The notes under the pieces were generated by a model that saw only the letters and a program-made list of their open reading frames with translations, made no database searches and had not been told where the DNA came from. The translations under genes were made by a program, and so were the position numbers. From an uncultured Planctomycetota bacterium (GTDB lineage Bacteria > Planctomycetota > Phycisphaerae > Tepidisphaerales > Tepidisphaeraceae), in the NCBI GenBank assembly GCA_963841915.1, contig CAWJEN010000006.1, positions 416,001 through 480,000 on the forward strand: a stretch of 64,000 nucleotides of DNA. The letters are read 5' to 3'. Positions 41,217 through 51,435 of the stretch are shown here, piece after piece. Numbering within the stretch: position 1 is the stretch's first letter; each line of letters begins with the position of its first letter.

Positions 41217-41359
41217 TTCCGGCTCCGCCAGTGCGTCGGCGGGTCGTCGGCCGTGCGCTATGGGGTCGTCGGCGAATCCATGACTTCTTGCGTACGTGGA
41301 CCGTGCGCAAACATACCGGCTACGACCGGCTGCGCACTTTTGCCCGCAGCGAGGCCGGA

Positions 41360-41887
41360 TCAGTATTTCGCGACCGAGTGGATGCGGGTGTTGCCCAGCT
41401 TGCTCCTGCCGCCGAGCGCTTCGAGCTCGATCAGGACCGCCGCGGCGACGACTTGCCCGCCGAGGTCGTCGACGAGATCGATGCACGCCGCCATCGTTCC
41501 GCCGGTCGCCAGCACGTCGTCACAAATCAGCACCCGTTGGCCGGGCTTGATGTCGCCCGTGTGCATCTCCAGCGTGTTCGTGCCGTACTCGAGCGCGTAG
41601 TCGCGACTCCTCTTTTCCCGCGGCAGTTTCCCCGGCTTCCGCACGAGGCCAAACCCCGCCGACAGACAACAGGCGACCGCCGTCCCGAAAATGAATCCAC
41701 GGCTCTCAGCCCCGATGACCAGATCAATATGTTGCCCGCGGAACGGGTTGGCCATGAGCTCGATCGACAACGCCAACCCCGCCGGGTCTGCCAGCAAAGG
41801 CGTGATGTCGCGGAACATGATTCCCGGTTCCGGAAAATCAGGCACATCCTGGATCAGCGACTTAAGCCGTGCGACGGGGTCGTTCAT
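41360..41887 (-). CDS. apt: Adenine phosphoribosyltransferase
   Basis: PDFPEPGIMFRDITP, ESRGF, RKPGKLP, YALEYG, DDVLATGGT. Confidence 0.96.
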   Translation of the reverse strand: MNDPVARLKSLIQDVPDFPEPGIMFRDITPLLADPAGLALSIELMANPFRGQHIDLVIGAESRGFIFGTAVACCLSAGFGLVRKPGKLPREKRSRDYALEYGTNTLEMHTGDIKPGQRVLICDDVLATGGTMAACIDLVDDLGGQVVAAAVLIELEALGGRSKLGNTRIHSVAKY

Positions 41888-42005
41888 GTCGTCGCCAGCG
41901 TAGTCAGGACGTGACCGACGCTTCTAAGCCTTCAACTCCTTGGGTTAATCGAGTCGGGCGAATCGAAGCCGAAAGACCTCGCTGCCGTCGCCCTTTTTTA
42001 CAGCG

Positions 42006-43295
42006 TTATTGCGCGTCGAGCGCTTCGTGCAGCGTGACGAGGTTCGGCGTCGAACGCTTGCCGACGTGGTGAATGATCGATCCCAGCGGGTAGGCCCGTG
42101 CGAGCGGGCTTTGCGGATCAACGGCCAGGACCAGGCAGCCGCCGCCGGGCGTTTCGCTGTTGCCGAAGGTAATGCCTCCAAAGACGAGGCGTTGGCGTTC
42201 GGTATCGACGCCGGTCGTCTCGGGCCGCTGATCGAGCTGCACCACGACCGCCAGCCGCTGTCCGCCGCGGCGGACGTGCAGGGCAACCGGCTCGCTGACG
42301 GGCGAGGCACCGACGTGTTTGACGAAGGTCTCTTCGTCCCGCACCGGGCGGTCACCCAGGGCCAGAATCACGTCGCCGGCCTTGAGGTGGCCGTCGGCGG
42401 GCGTGCCGGGGCCGACGCGGGTGACGAGCATGCCGTCGGTCGAGCTGGCGGCGCGGCCTGCGACACCGAGGTAGCCGTACGTCGGGGCGTCGCCGAGGAT
42501 CATCCGGGCCACGCGGGCCTGCATGTCGGCGTCGGCGGGCATGGCAAAGCCGATGCCGTGCGTCTGTGCCTGGGGCAGCACGACGGCCGTCACGACGCCG
42601 ATCACGCGGCCGTGCAGGTCGAGCAACGGCCCGCCGCTGTTTCCTGGATTGAGTTCTGCCGTCGTCTGCAACAGGTTGGCGTAGTGGCGCCCTTCCTGCC
42701 GGCTCAGCCGCGGCAGGCTGCGTCCGGTGGCGCTGATGAGGCCGGCCGACACGCTCATGCCGCCGTTCCCGCCCAGACCGATCGGGTTACCGACCGCCAC
42801 CGCCCACTGGCCACGCTCCGCGACGGCCGGTGCGAACGAGACGCTTTGCATCCGCATCGGGACCTTGATCACCGCCAGATCGCCACGCGGGTCGGTGGCG
42901 ACGACCATGGCCGGGATGATGCGGCCGTCGTCGGTGGTGACGTAGATCTGGCGAGCGCCTTCGACGACGTGCTGGTTGGTGACGATGTACCCGCGGCTGT
43001 CGACGCAGAAGCCGGTGCCGACGGTGCGAGCGCCGCCCGCGGTGAGCTGATCGAGGACTGCGGCGTTGAGCTTACTGGACGTGGCAGGCAGCTGCGGTGG
43101 TGCCGTGGCCATGCCGACGGTGATGGCCACGACGCCCGGCGAGGCCTTTTTGGCGACGTCGGCAAAGGCCTTTTCAAGCTTGGCCAGCGAAGCGGTCTCG
43201 CTGTGGCTGACATAGGTCCCCTGGGCCGCCGCCGGTGCGGCAGGAAGTGTCACGGCGAGGGCGGCAAACAACAGGCCGCGGCAAAGGTGGTGCAT
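42006..43295 (-). CDS. HtrA/DegP-family serine protease with PDZ domain
   Basis: Signal peptide; TNQHVV, DLAVIK, NPGNSGGPL; GYLGV PDZ. Confidence 0.9.
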   Translation of the reverse strand: MHHLCRGLLFAALAVTLPAAPAAAQGTYVSHSETASLAKLEKAFADVAKKASPGVVAITVGMATAPPQLPATSSKLNAAVLDQLTAGGARTVGTGFCVDSRGYIVTNQHVVEGARQIYVTTDDGRIIPAMVVATDPRGDLAVIKVPMRMQSVSFAPAVAERGQWAVAVGNPIGLGGNGGMSVSAGLISATGRSLPRLSRQEGRHYANLLQTTAELNPGNSGGPLLDLHGRVIGVVTAVVLPQAQTHGIGFAMPADADMQARVARMILGDAPTYGYLGVAGRAASSTDGMLVTRVGPGTPADGHLKAGDVILALGDRPVRDEETFVKHVGASPVSEPVALHVRRGGQRLAVVVQLDQRPETTGVDTERQRLVFGGITFGNSETPGGGCLVLAVDPQSPLARAYPLGSIIHHVGKRSTPNLVTLHEALDAQ

Positions 43296-43557
43296 CTCGT
43301 TCTCTTCCGGGTTGCAACGCGACCGCGATCCGCCACGGGGCGGTCGATTGCGCATGCGGAGGTTCCACCCGATGCGTCGGCTGGATAGCCAGACAGGTTG
43401 AGGTCGATCGGTCGGCTTAATCCGAAGCGTTGGTCCTGCTCCATTGTTCAGCGAAGACCGACGCGTTGGTGCAGTCGGGCAGGATGTTGTCAGACGTAAC
43501 CTGCGGGCTTCGCGTCCGCTGACTCTGGCGGAAGCAAGCGATACCTTAATGTTTTAA

Positions 43558-44268
43558 ATGCGAGTTCTGCTGACAACAATTACAGCCATAGTCATGCTTC
43601 TGCAAGGCGGTTGTGCGACGCTACTGACTTACCAAAGCTCGAAGAGCTGGAAGCAGAGGGCGGTGCGGGTCAATGAGCCCATCGCTTACGCCACGCATTC
43701 GAGCGGCGAAATCGTTATTGCTTACGGAAGGCCCGGCGACCGGAAATCGCGACAGCTGTTCGTTCTCTCGCCTGAGATTCTTCGGAGGGCTGCAGCGAAC
43801 CATCGCAAACGGGCGGCAGAACTTCGTCAGCAGTACCCGGACCCGACCACGCTTCCAGCGGGATTGAGCGCAAGTCTGCATCCGATCCCACAGATCTTTC
43901 TGCGACCCCAGCTCCCCGCTGCGGACGATCAGCTTCCATCAATTGCGGCCAATGAGTCACGGCCGCTACGTTTTGCCGAAGGACCACCGGCATGGCTGAA
44001 GCCCGGGATGCTGAAGCAGTTCGATGCAGAAACGCTCATCGAAGTGCGGGTTCCTGCTGTTACTGACGGACCTGCCACCTTGCCGTCGTCAGAGGTGTAT
44101 TACGTACGTGTCGGATCGCCATTCGCACCGAAGGTTTACAACCCGCTGGGACATGCTGCGCACGTCGCTGTACTCGTACCTGCCGTCGCGGTGGATCTGG
44201 TCACATTTCCGGTTCAGGTGATTGGCGTGCTGATTATCGTCGAAGGCTTGAGCGACATCGGCAAGTAG
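43558..44268 (+). CDS. Hypothetical lipoprotein, lower GC than neighbours
   Basis: Lipobox-like LLQGGC; C-terminal PAVAVDLVTFPVQ hydrophobic segment. Confidence 0.6.
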   Translation: MRVLLTTITAIVMLLQGGCATLLTYQSSKSWKQRAVRVNEPIAYATHSSGEIVIAYGRPGDRKSRQLFVLSPEILRRAAANHRKRAAELRQQYPDPTTLPAGLSASLHPIPQIFLRPQLPAADDQLPSIAANESRPLRFAEGPPAWLKPGMLKQFDAETLIEVRVPAVTDGPATLPSSEVYYVRVGSPFAPKVYNPLGHAAHVAVLVPAVAVDLVTFPVQVIGVLIIVEGLSDIGK

Positions 44269-44310
44269 CCGGCGTGTCGTCAGGCGACCGGCGGCTTAGC
44301 ATGCCGGCCT

Positions 44311-46998
44311 ATGCCGGTCAGCAGCAGCGAAATCCGCCAGCAGTTTGTCGACTTCTTCACGAAGCAGCACGGCCACGCGCACGTCCCGAGTTCGCCGGTC
44401 GTGCCGCACGATGACCCGACGTTGCTCTTTGCCAACGCGGGCATGAACCAGTTCAAGCCGATCTTCCTGGGCGAGGACAAGCTCGACCACTACGGCCCGC
44501 CGCGGGCGGCCAACAGCCAGAAGTGCATCCGTGCCGGCGGAAAGCACAACGACCTCGACGACGTCGGCCGAGACACGTACCACCACACGTTCTTCGAAAT
44601 GCTCGGGAACTGGTCGTTCGGCGACTACTTCAAGGAAGGGGCCATCGACATGGCCTGGGAGCTGCTGACGAAGGTCTGGAAGCTCGACCCGGAACGGCTG
44701 CACGCCAGCTACTTCGAGGGCGACGAGAGCGAAGGCCTCGAGCCGGACACGGAGGCGAAGCAGCTTTGGACAAAGTACCTGCCGCCGGAGCGGATTCATC
44801 CGGGCAACAAGAAGGACAACTTCTGGGAGATGGGCGACGTCGGCCCGTGCGGGCCTTGCAGCGAGATTCACTACGACCGCTCCGACGACAAGAACGGTGG
44901 CAACCTCGTCAACGCCGACGGGCAGGACACGGTCGTCGAAATCTGGAACCTCGTCTTCATCCAGTTCAACCGGACGGCCGGCGGACTCAAGCCGCTGCCG
45001 GCCAAGCACGTCGATACGGGCATGGGCTTCGAGCGGATCGTGCGCGTCCTGCAGGGCGTGACGAGCAACTACGAGACAGACGTCTTCGGGCCGTTGCTTG
45101 ACGAGATCAGTCAGATCAGCGGAAAGGCGTACGAGCCGGCGCTCGACGCGCCGGTGGGCATTGCGTTTCGCGCGATTGCCGACCACGCGCGGATGGCGAC
45201 GTTTGCGATTGCCGACGGTGCGATGCCTGACGGCAAAGGCCGCGGCAGCGTGGTGCGGAGCGTGATCCGGCGTGCAGTGCGATTCGGCTACCAGACGCTG
45301 GAGCTACGCGAGCCGTTCCTTTACAAGCTGGTGAGCGTCGTGCAGGAGCAGATGGGCGACGCCTTCCCGGACGTTCGCGACACGAACGCGGCGAAGGTCA
45401 TCGAGAGCGAGGAGCGTGATTTCCTCAAGACCATCGAGCGTGGCCTGGCGTTGTTTGAAGAGTCAGTCACGGGCGGCGCTGAGGGCGTGTTTCCCGCACA
45501 GGCAGCGTTCGATTTGCACACGACGTACGGCTTCCCGATCGACCTGACGCGTCAGCTGGCCGAGGAGCGTGGGCTGACGGTCGACGTGGACGAGTACGAG
45601 CGGTTGTTCGCCGAGTTCCAGGAAGCCAGCGGCAAGGGTCGCAAGGCGGCCGGTAGCGGGGCCGTCGACTTCGGCGACTTGCCGGACACCGACGATTCGG
45701 GCAAGTACGGCTGCGTCAACGACGACGCGATCGTTCTTGCATTTGTCCGCGGCGATGACGTGGTGACGAGCGGCTCGATCAACGCAAACGACGAGGTCGG
45801 CGTGTTGCTCGATCGCACGTGCTTCTACGGCGAGCAGGGCGGCCAGGTCGGTGACACCGGCACGATTCGTGCCGACGATGCATCCTTTGAGGTCACCGAC
45901 ACCCGCCGCGTCGGTGGCCGGGTCATTCACGTCGGCAAGCTCGCCGCCGGCACGCTGAGGATTGGCGATGCCGTCCAGACGCACGTCAACTCCAAGCGGG
46001 CCGACATCGCTCGGCACCACACCGTTACGCACCTGCTCAACCTCGCCCTTCGTCAAACGCTCGGCGAACACGTCGCCCAACGCGGCAGCCTCGTCGACGA
46101 CACCAAAACCCGCTTCGACTTCTCGCACGACAAGCCACTCACCGCCGAGGACATCGTCAAGATTGAACGACGCGTCAACGCGTCCATACGGAGCAACTTT
46201 CCCGTCCACAGCGACACCGTTCCGCTGGCAGATGCCAAGCAGATCGAGGGCGTGCGTGCGGTGTTCGGCGAGAAGTATCCTGATCCGGTGCGGGTCGTTT
46301 ATGCGACGCCGACCGATCTGATGCAAAGCGACGGCAGCGTCCACAGCGTCGAGTTTTGCGGCGGCACGCACACGCATCGCACGGGTGACATCGGCTTGTT
46401 CAAGATCATCGCCGAGGAGTCGGTGAGCAAGGGCGTGCGGCGTGTCATCGGCGTCGCCGGTGACGCGGCCGTCGTGTACGTGCAGAACGCCGACGAGCAA
46501 CTACGCCAGACGTCTGCGGCATTGTCGGCCAAGCCTGAAGAGGCCGCCGACCGGGCGGCGGCGATGCGCGACGAAATCAAGAAGCTCAAGAAGCAGCTCG
46601 CCAGCGGTGGCGGCACGGGCGCTGCGGCGTTCGACGCTTCGGTCGTCGCGGCCGACCTGCTGGCCAAGGCGGAGAACGGCGTGATGGTCGCCCAGGTCGC
46701 CTCTCCCTCAGACGACGCATTGCGGTCGGTGGTCGATGCCGTCAAAGCTAAGGCCGACAGCTATGCGGTGCTGCTGGCATCGCCGGGCGACGACAAGGTG
46801 TCGATCGTCGCCGGCTGCAGCAAAGACGTCATTGGCAGGGGCCTCAAGGCAGGCGATTGGGTCCGCGACGTGGCCAAAGCCTGCGGCGGCGGTGGCGGCG
46901 GCAGGCCCGACCTGGCCCAGGCCGGTGGCAAGGACGCCAGCAAGCTGGGCGAAGCTCTTGCCGCGGCCAAAGCGATGGCAGAAGAGAAGCTGCGGTAG
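44311..46998 (+). CDS. alaS: Alanine--tRNA ligase
   Basis: DPTLLFANAGMNQFK, HHTFFEMLGNWSFGDYFK, HTVTH...EFCGGTH editing site, GGGGGRPDLAQAGG. Confidence 0.98.
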   Translation: MPVSSSEIRQQFVDFFTKQHGHAHVPSSPVVPHDDPTLLFANAGMNQFKPIFLGEDKLDHYGPPRAANSQKCIRAGGKHNDLDDVGRDTYHHTFFEMLGNWSFGDYFKEGAIDMAWELLTKVWKLDPERLHASYFEGDESEGLEPDTEAKQLWTKYLPPERIHPGNKKDNFWEMGDVGPCGPCSEIHYDRSDDKNGGNLVNADGQDTVVEIWNLVFIQFNRTAGGLKPLPAKHVDTGMGFERIVRVLQGVTSNYETDVFGPLLDEISQISGKAYEPALDAPVGIAFRAIADHARMATFAIADGAMPDGKGRGSVVRSVIRRAVRFGYQTLELREPFLYKLVSVVQEQMGDAFPDVRDTNAAKVIESEERDFLKTIERGLALFEESVTGGAEGVFPAQAAFDLHTTYGFPIDLTRQLAEERGLTVDVDEYERLFAEFQEASGKGRKAAGSGAVDFGDLPDTDDSGKYGCVNDDAIVLAFVRGDDVVTSGSINANDEVGVLLDRTCFYGEQGGQVGDTGTIRADDASFEVTDTRRVGGRVIHVGKLAAGTLRIGDAVQTHVNSKRADIARHHTVTHLLNLALRQTLGEHVAQRGSLVDDTKTRFDFSHDKPLTAEDIVKIERRVNASIRSNFPVHSDTVPLADAKQIEGVRAVFGEKYPDPVRVVYATPTDLMQSDGSVHSVEFCGGTHTHRTGDIGLFKIIAEESVSKGVRRVIGVAGDAAVVYVQNADEQLRQTSAALSAKPEEAADRAAAMRDEIKKLKKQLASGGGTGAAAFDASVVAADLLAKAENGVMVAQVASPSDDALRSVVDAVKAKADSYAVLLASPGDDKVSIVAGCSKDVIGRGLKAGDWVRDVAKACGGGGGGRPDLAQAGGKDASKLGEALAAAKAMAEEKLR

Positions 46999-47019
46999 GC
47001 GTTTTACTCGTCGCAGGCG

Positions 47020-47886
47020 CTACCAGTACTTCTCGAAGTGAACGTTGCCGTCGGGGTTCTCACGGTCTTTGGGCGTGAAACCGCGGGCGACGAGGCTGTT
47101 GGTGACTTCGTCAATCATCGACGGGTTGCCGCAAAGCAGCACATGGCACTGCTCGGGTGTGAGGCCCTCGCCGACAAGGTCGCTGTAGGTGGCGTCGTCG
47201 AGGGCGACGTGGATGCGGCCGCGGAGGCCGAGCCAGCCTTGGCCGTCAGTTGCTTCGGGCTCGCGGCTGCAGGCGGGCACGTAGACGACGGTGTCGTCCT
47301 TGGCGGCGAGTTTTTCGAGCTCGTGCCGATAGCCCAGGTCTGCCGACAGGCGGGTGCCGTGGAGCACCACGAAGCGACGCCATCGGCCGGTTTCGCGGTA
47401 GGTTCGCAGCATCGACACGAACGGCGCGAGGCCCGTTCCAGTCGCGACGGCGACCAAGTCTCGTTCGGCCGGAATGCCGTCGAGCGTGAACTTGCCCTTG
47501 CACTTGGGGGCGCAGTAAAGGCGATCTCCGACGGCCAGCTCCCAAAGCCTCGGCGTCAGCGCGCCGCCATCGACGCGGGCGAGGTAGAACTCGATGCCTT
47601 CCTTGTCGAGCGGTGAGGAGCTGATGGAGTACGGCCGCAGGGTGAAACGGCCCAGACCTTTGCGGGTGCCGGTGTCGGCATCTGCGGCCGGTGCGACGCC
47701 GATCGTCGCGTACTGGCCAGGCTTGAAGTCGGGCACGCCACCGTCAGGCAAGATGCGCAAGATCGCCAGCTCTGAGGTGAGGTCTTCACGTCCGACGACG
47801 CGGGCATTGAGCAGCTTGGCATCGGCGTCGGACACAGCAGTAACGTCGGCGGTGTCGGCGGCGGGCATGGTGGGCGTGGCGGGCAT
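47020..47886 (-). CDS. fpr: Ferredoxin--NADP+ reductase (start uncertain)
   Basis: RPYSISS, GGALTPRL, ATGTGLAPF, LCGNPSMI, terminal EKYW. Confidence 0.88.
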   Translation of the reverse strand: MPATPTMPAADTADVTAVSDADAKLLNARVVGREDLTSELAILRILPDGGVPDFKPGQYATIGVAPAADADTGTRKGLGRFTLRPYSISSSPLDKEGIEFYLARVDGGALTPRLWELAVGDRLYCAPKCKGKFTLDGIPAERDLVAVATGTGLAPFVSMLRTYRETGRWRRFVVLHGTRLSADLGYRHELEKLAAKDDTVVYVPACSREPEATDGQGWLGLRGRIHVALDDATYSDLVGEGLTPEQCHVLLCGNPSMIDEVTNSLVARGFTPKDRENPDGNVHFEKYW

Positions 47887-48127
47887 GGACGAAGTCGCGG
47901 CGTTTGGAACAGGATCAGCCGCGGGTGCAGTCTTGCCCCCTGTCGCCGGACGATCAAGCCACCGATGCTGCGAAAGGTCTGACGCCTCTGTCGGCGACAA
48001 TTGTTCGCGATGCGGTGACGGGGTGAGTCACATTGACGACACGGCGCGTTCCATTTTCGACAGGTGGCCGCGTATTGTGGCGCGACGAGCGGTCGGGCCA
48101 CGACAAACGCCCGACGCCGATGCCGCC

Positions 48128-51100
48128 ATGGATGACCCTGCCCCGCCAACCCGCCCTGCAACGCCACCTGCACCACGCGCGGGCAAGGGCCTGATCGATC
48201 AGCCGAACGGTGACGGCAAGACCGACACGAAGTCGACGCCGGTCGATGTGCTCATTGTTGACGACGCCGAGATGGATCGGATCCTGCTGTCGAGGCTGCT
48301 GGGTCGCGGGCTGATGGTGCGGGAAGCGGTGAATTTGACCGAGGCCGAAGTGAGCGTGCGGCAGGAGGTGCCCGACCTCATCCTGCTCGACAACAACCTG
48401 CCCGACGGCACCGCCTCGGACTTTCTAGAGGTGCTCAGCACGATTGAGGGGGATCGGCCGACCTATTTGGGGACGCTTGCGTGTCCGGTGGTGATCCTGA
48501 CGGGTGGTGGCAGCCCGTCGCTGGCCGCCGACCTGGTGCGGCGTGGTGCTGGTGACTACCTGCCGAAGGAATCGCTCCTGGCTGACGAAGACGGCCGCTT
48601 CACCACCGCCAGGCGTGCGCTGCATGACACGATTCGTCGTGCCCGCGACCATCACCACCTGACCCGCCGGGCCGGTCGATTGCTTGCCGGGGCGCTGCGC
48701 AAGCGCAGCCGCGCTCAAGAGGCCAGACGAGCTGAGAAAGAAGCCCGTAGCGAGGCGGATCTTGCCTTGCAGCGGCTGCAAAGCGCCCTCGACGCGGGCG
48801 AAATGGGCACCTGGGTCTGGAACCTTCAGACAGACGAGATCCAGTTCGATGCCCGTCAACTCGAGCTGTACGAGCTCAATTTCGGCAAGCTCAGCTTTGA
48901 GGCGGCGTTTGCCCGTGTGCACCCCGAAGATCGTGCCAGGGTCGAGCAGGCGATTGACGCAGTAACATCAGGAGCTGAGCCGAACTTCGAGGCCGAGTTC
49001 CGCCTTGACCTGCCGAGCAACACGCCGCGATGGATTGCGGCATACGGCCGAGCCGCCGGCGACGGGGACGACCGTCACCTGCTAGGTGTCAGCTTCGACG
49101 TCACCGAGCGCCACTGGGCTGTGGAAGCACTCCAAGCCAGCGAGGCGGAAAACGCCCGCCAGCTTTCAGCCCTGGCGGCCATCTACGACCAGGCACCGGT
49201 GGGGCTGGGGCTGCTCGATAGCGACCTTGCGTTCACGAGCGTCAACGGCATGCTCGCCGACCTGCTGGGGGTCCCGGCCGACGATCTGCGAGGCCGTTCG
49301 GCGGCCAGTGTGCTGCCCGCTGCTCTATGGCAACAAGTCGGCGACGCCTGCCGCGCCGCAGCAGACGGCCAGCAGCAACGCGTGCAGGTGCGACTCGAAC
49401 ACGACGGCCACAATAACGTCAGCCTGCTCTGGTCTTGCGGCCCGGTTCGCGGCATCGACGGCACGGCCGAGGGTGTGAACCTTGTCGTGCAGAACGTCAC
49501 CGACCTGCAGCTCAAAGAAGAACGCCTCGCCAAGCAGGCCCTGGAACTCGGTGACCAACGGCTCGAACTTGAACGCAGGAATGACGAGCTGTCCCGGGTC
49601 AACCACCGGCTCGGCGAAACGACGAGTCGGCTCGAGTCGCTGCTCGACAGCGCGCCCGTCGGCTTCGGCTTCTTCGACGACTCTGGACGATTCCTGCTGA
49701 TCAACGACGAGCTGGCGAGGCTAAACGGCCTGCCGGCCCGAGAGCACGTCGGCCGCGAGATTAACGAAGTGCTGCCGGATCTGGGCGGGCTCATGCGGCC
49801 GTATCTCGACCGCGTCGTCAGCACCGGCAGGCCCGTCATCGGCGTCGAGATCGAGGGGCAGACGCAGGCAACCGCCCATACGCCGCGATGGTTTCTGACA
49901 AGCTTTTTCCCGGTCCACGCCGGCCTGTTGAAGGCCGAGGGGCGTAGTGCGACGGAGGCCGTCGGCTGCGTCGTGCTCGACATCACCGACCGCAAACGCG
50001 GCGAGCGGTTGCTCCGCGAGGCCAAGGAAAATGCCATCAACGCCCGTATTTCTGCCGACCGGGCGCGGGAATTGTCTGAGCGGGCCAACCGCGCCAAGAG
50101 CGAGTTCCTGGCCGTGTTGAGCCATGAGCTGCGGACGCCGCTGACGCCGGTGCTGGCTGGGGCGCAGATGCTGGAGCAGGCGCTGAACCAGCAGCTACCG
50201 ACTTTGCGTGAGTCGGGAATGGATGGCGCTAATGAGCAGGAACTGCTACGCGAGCTCCTTGGTGATTCGCTGGCGACGATTCGCCGCAACGTCGAGCTCG
50301 AGGTTCGACTGATCGACGACTTGCTGGATTTGACGCGGATCACGCGTGGCAAGCTGCAGTTGACACGTCGGCCGATCGACCTCAATGACGCCGTCCGCCA
50401 CGCCATCGAGACGTGTCGAGGCGAGGCGGTCGAGAAGAACGTGTCGCTCGAATTAGACGCGGTCGATGGTCCGCTTGGCATGGTGGCCGACTCTGCCCGT
50501 ATCCAGCAGGTTATCTGGAATCTGGTGAAAAACGCGATCAAGTTCACACCCGAGGGCGGGCGGATCTGGGTCAACACGACCGCGACGACGACCTCCGTCG
50601 GGCCGCAGGTCGTATGCAAGGTGCGTGACAACGGCCTGGGCATCGACAGCGAGCACCTGCGGACGATCTTCAACGCGTTCGAGCAGGGCGGCAGAGGGAC
50701 GACGCGTACTTTCGGCGGTCTGGGTCTCGGCTTGGCCATCAGCCGATACCTCGTCGACGCGCACGGCGGCACGCTCATCGCCGAAAGTGCCGGCGCTGGT
50801 GAGGGCTCGACCTTTACTGTGTCGCTTCCGGCGCGTCAGCTCCGTCGCAGCAGCAAGCGGATCGAACGGGGCGGCGAGGCAGGCAATATCCAAGTGCCGC
50901 GCATTCTGCTCGTGGAAGATCATGCCGACACCGGGCGACTCATGGCGCGGTACCTGAAGATGCGACTCAAGGCCGACGTGGTGCGCGCAGAGACGGTTGA
51001 GACGGGGCGGGCCCGCTATGCCGAGTCGCTCGAAGGCGAGCGGTTCGGCCTCATTATCAGCGATATCGGGCTGCCCGACGGCAGCGGGATCGACCTGCTC

Positions 51101-51325
51101 GACTCCCTGCCGAGTGACCATCCGCCGGCAATTGCACTCAGCGGGTACGGCACCGAGGCCGACATCCGTCGCTCCAAGGACGTCGGCTTCGTCGAGCACC
51201 TCATCAAACCCGTTGATCTCGAGAGCCTCGAACGGGTGGTCATGCAAACGCTGGCCGGGGTGCCGAAGACGCCGGAAGCTGAGGCGGACGGCAGCGTGCC
51301 TGATAATGACGCGACCATTGCGTGA
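48128..51325 (+). CDS. Hybrid sensor histidine kinase (REC-PAS-PAS-PAS-HisKA-HATPase-REC), cytoplasmic
   Basis: LILLDNNLPDG; FLAVLSHELRTPL; NLVKNAIKFT; GLGLGLAI; IISDIGLPDG. Confidence 0.92.
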   Translation: MDDPAPPTRPATPPAPRAGKGLIDQPNGDGKTDTKSTPVDVLIVDDAEMDRILLSRLLGRGLMVREAVNLTEAEVSVRQEVPDLILLDNNLPDGTASDFLEVLSTIEGDRPTYLGTLACPVVILTGGGSPSLAADLVRRGAGDYLPKESLLADEDGRFTTARRALHDTIRRARDHHHLTRRAGRLLAGALRKRSRAQEARRAEKEARSEADLALQRLQSALDAGEMGTWVWNLQTDEIQFDARQLELYELNFGKLSFEAAFARVHPEDRARVEQAIDAVTSGAEPNFEAEFRLDLPSNTPRWIAAYGRAAGDGDDRHLLGVSFDVTERHWAVEALQASEAENARQLSALAAIYDQAPVGLGLLDSDLAFTSVNGMLADLLGVPADDLRGRSAASVLPAALWQQVGDACRAAADGQQQRVQVRLEHDGHNNVSLLWSCGPVRGIDGTAEGVNLVVQNVTDLQLKEERLAKQALELGDQRLELERRNDELSRVNHRLGETTSRLESLLDSAPVGFGFFDDSGRFLLINDELARLNGLPAREHVGREINEVLPDLGGLMRPYLDRVVSTGRPVIGVEIEGQTQATAHTPRWFLTSFFPVHAGLLKAEGRSATEAVGCVVLDITDRKRGERLLREAKENAINARISADRARELSERANRAKSEFLAVLSHELRTPLTPVLAGAQMLEQALNQQLPTLRESGMDGANEQELLRELLGDSLATIRRNVELEVRLIDDLLDLTRITRGKLQLTRRPIDLNDAVRHAIETCRGEAVEKNVSLELDAVDGPLGMVADSARIQQVIWNLVKNAIKFTPEGGRIWVNTTATTTSVGPQVVCKVRDNGLGIDSEHLRTIFNAFEQGGRGTTRTFGGLGLGLAISRYLVDAHGGTLIAESAGAGEGSTFTVSLPARQLRRSSKRIERGGEAGNIQVPRILLVEDHADTGRLMARYLKMRLKADVVRAETVETGRARYAESLEGERFGLIISDIGLPDGSGIDLLDSLPSDHPPAIALSGYGTEADIRRSKDVGFVEHLIKPVDLESLERVVMQTLAGVPKTPEAEADGSVPDNDATIA

Positions 51326-51435
51326 GGCGTGATCGGGCGTGAATACAGGTGTCAAGGCGGTAGAATTTGCGAGCGTTTGCCGGTTGCCTACGTTGGCACA
51401 GCCGAAACGTCCGCACCGACCGACCCTTTCCGCCG

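Noticed and set aside
41053..41359. ORFs containing MFHVEH in the chdC-apt gap
   Set aside because: These are translations of the parS palindrome (ATG TTC CAC GTG GAA CAT), not genes.
47594..48127. N-terminal extension of the histidine kinase overlapping fpr
   Set aside because: Antisense to fpr and low complexity. The receiver domain begins shortly after the ATG at 48128.
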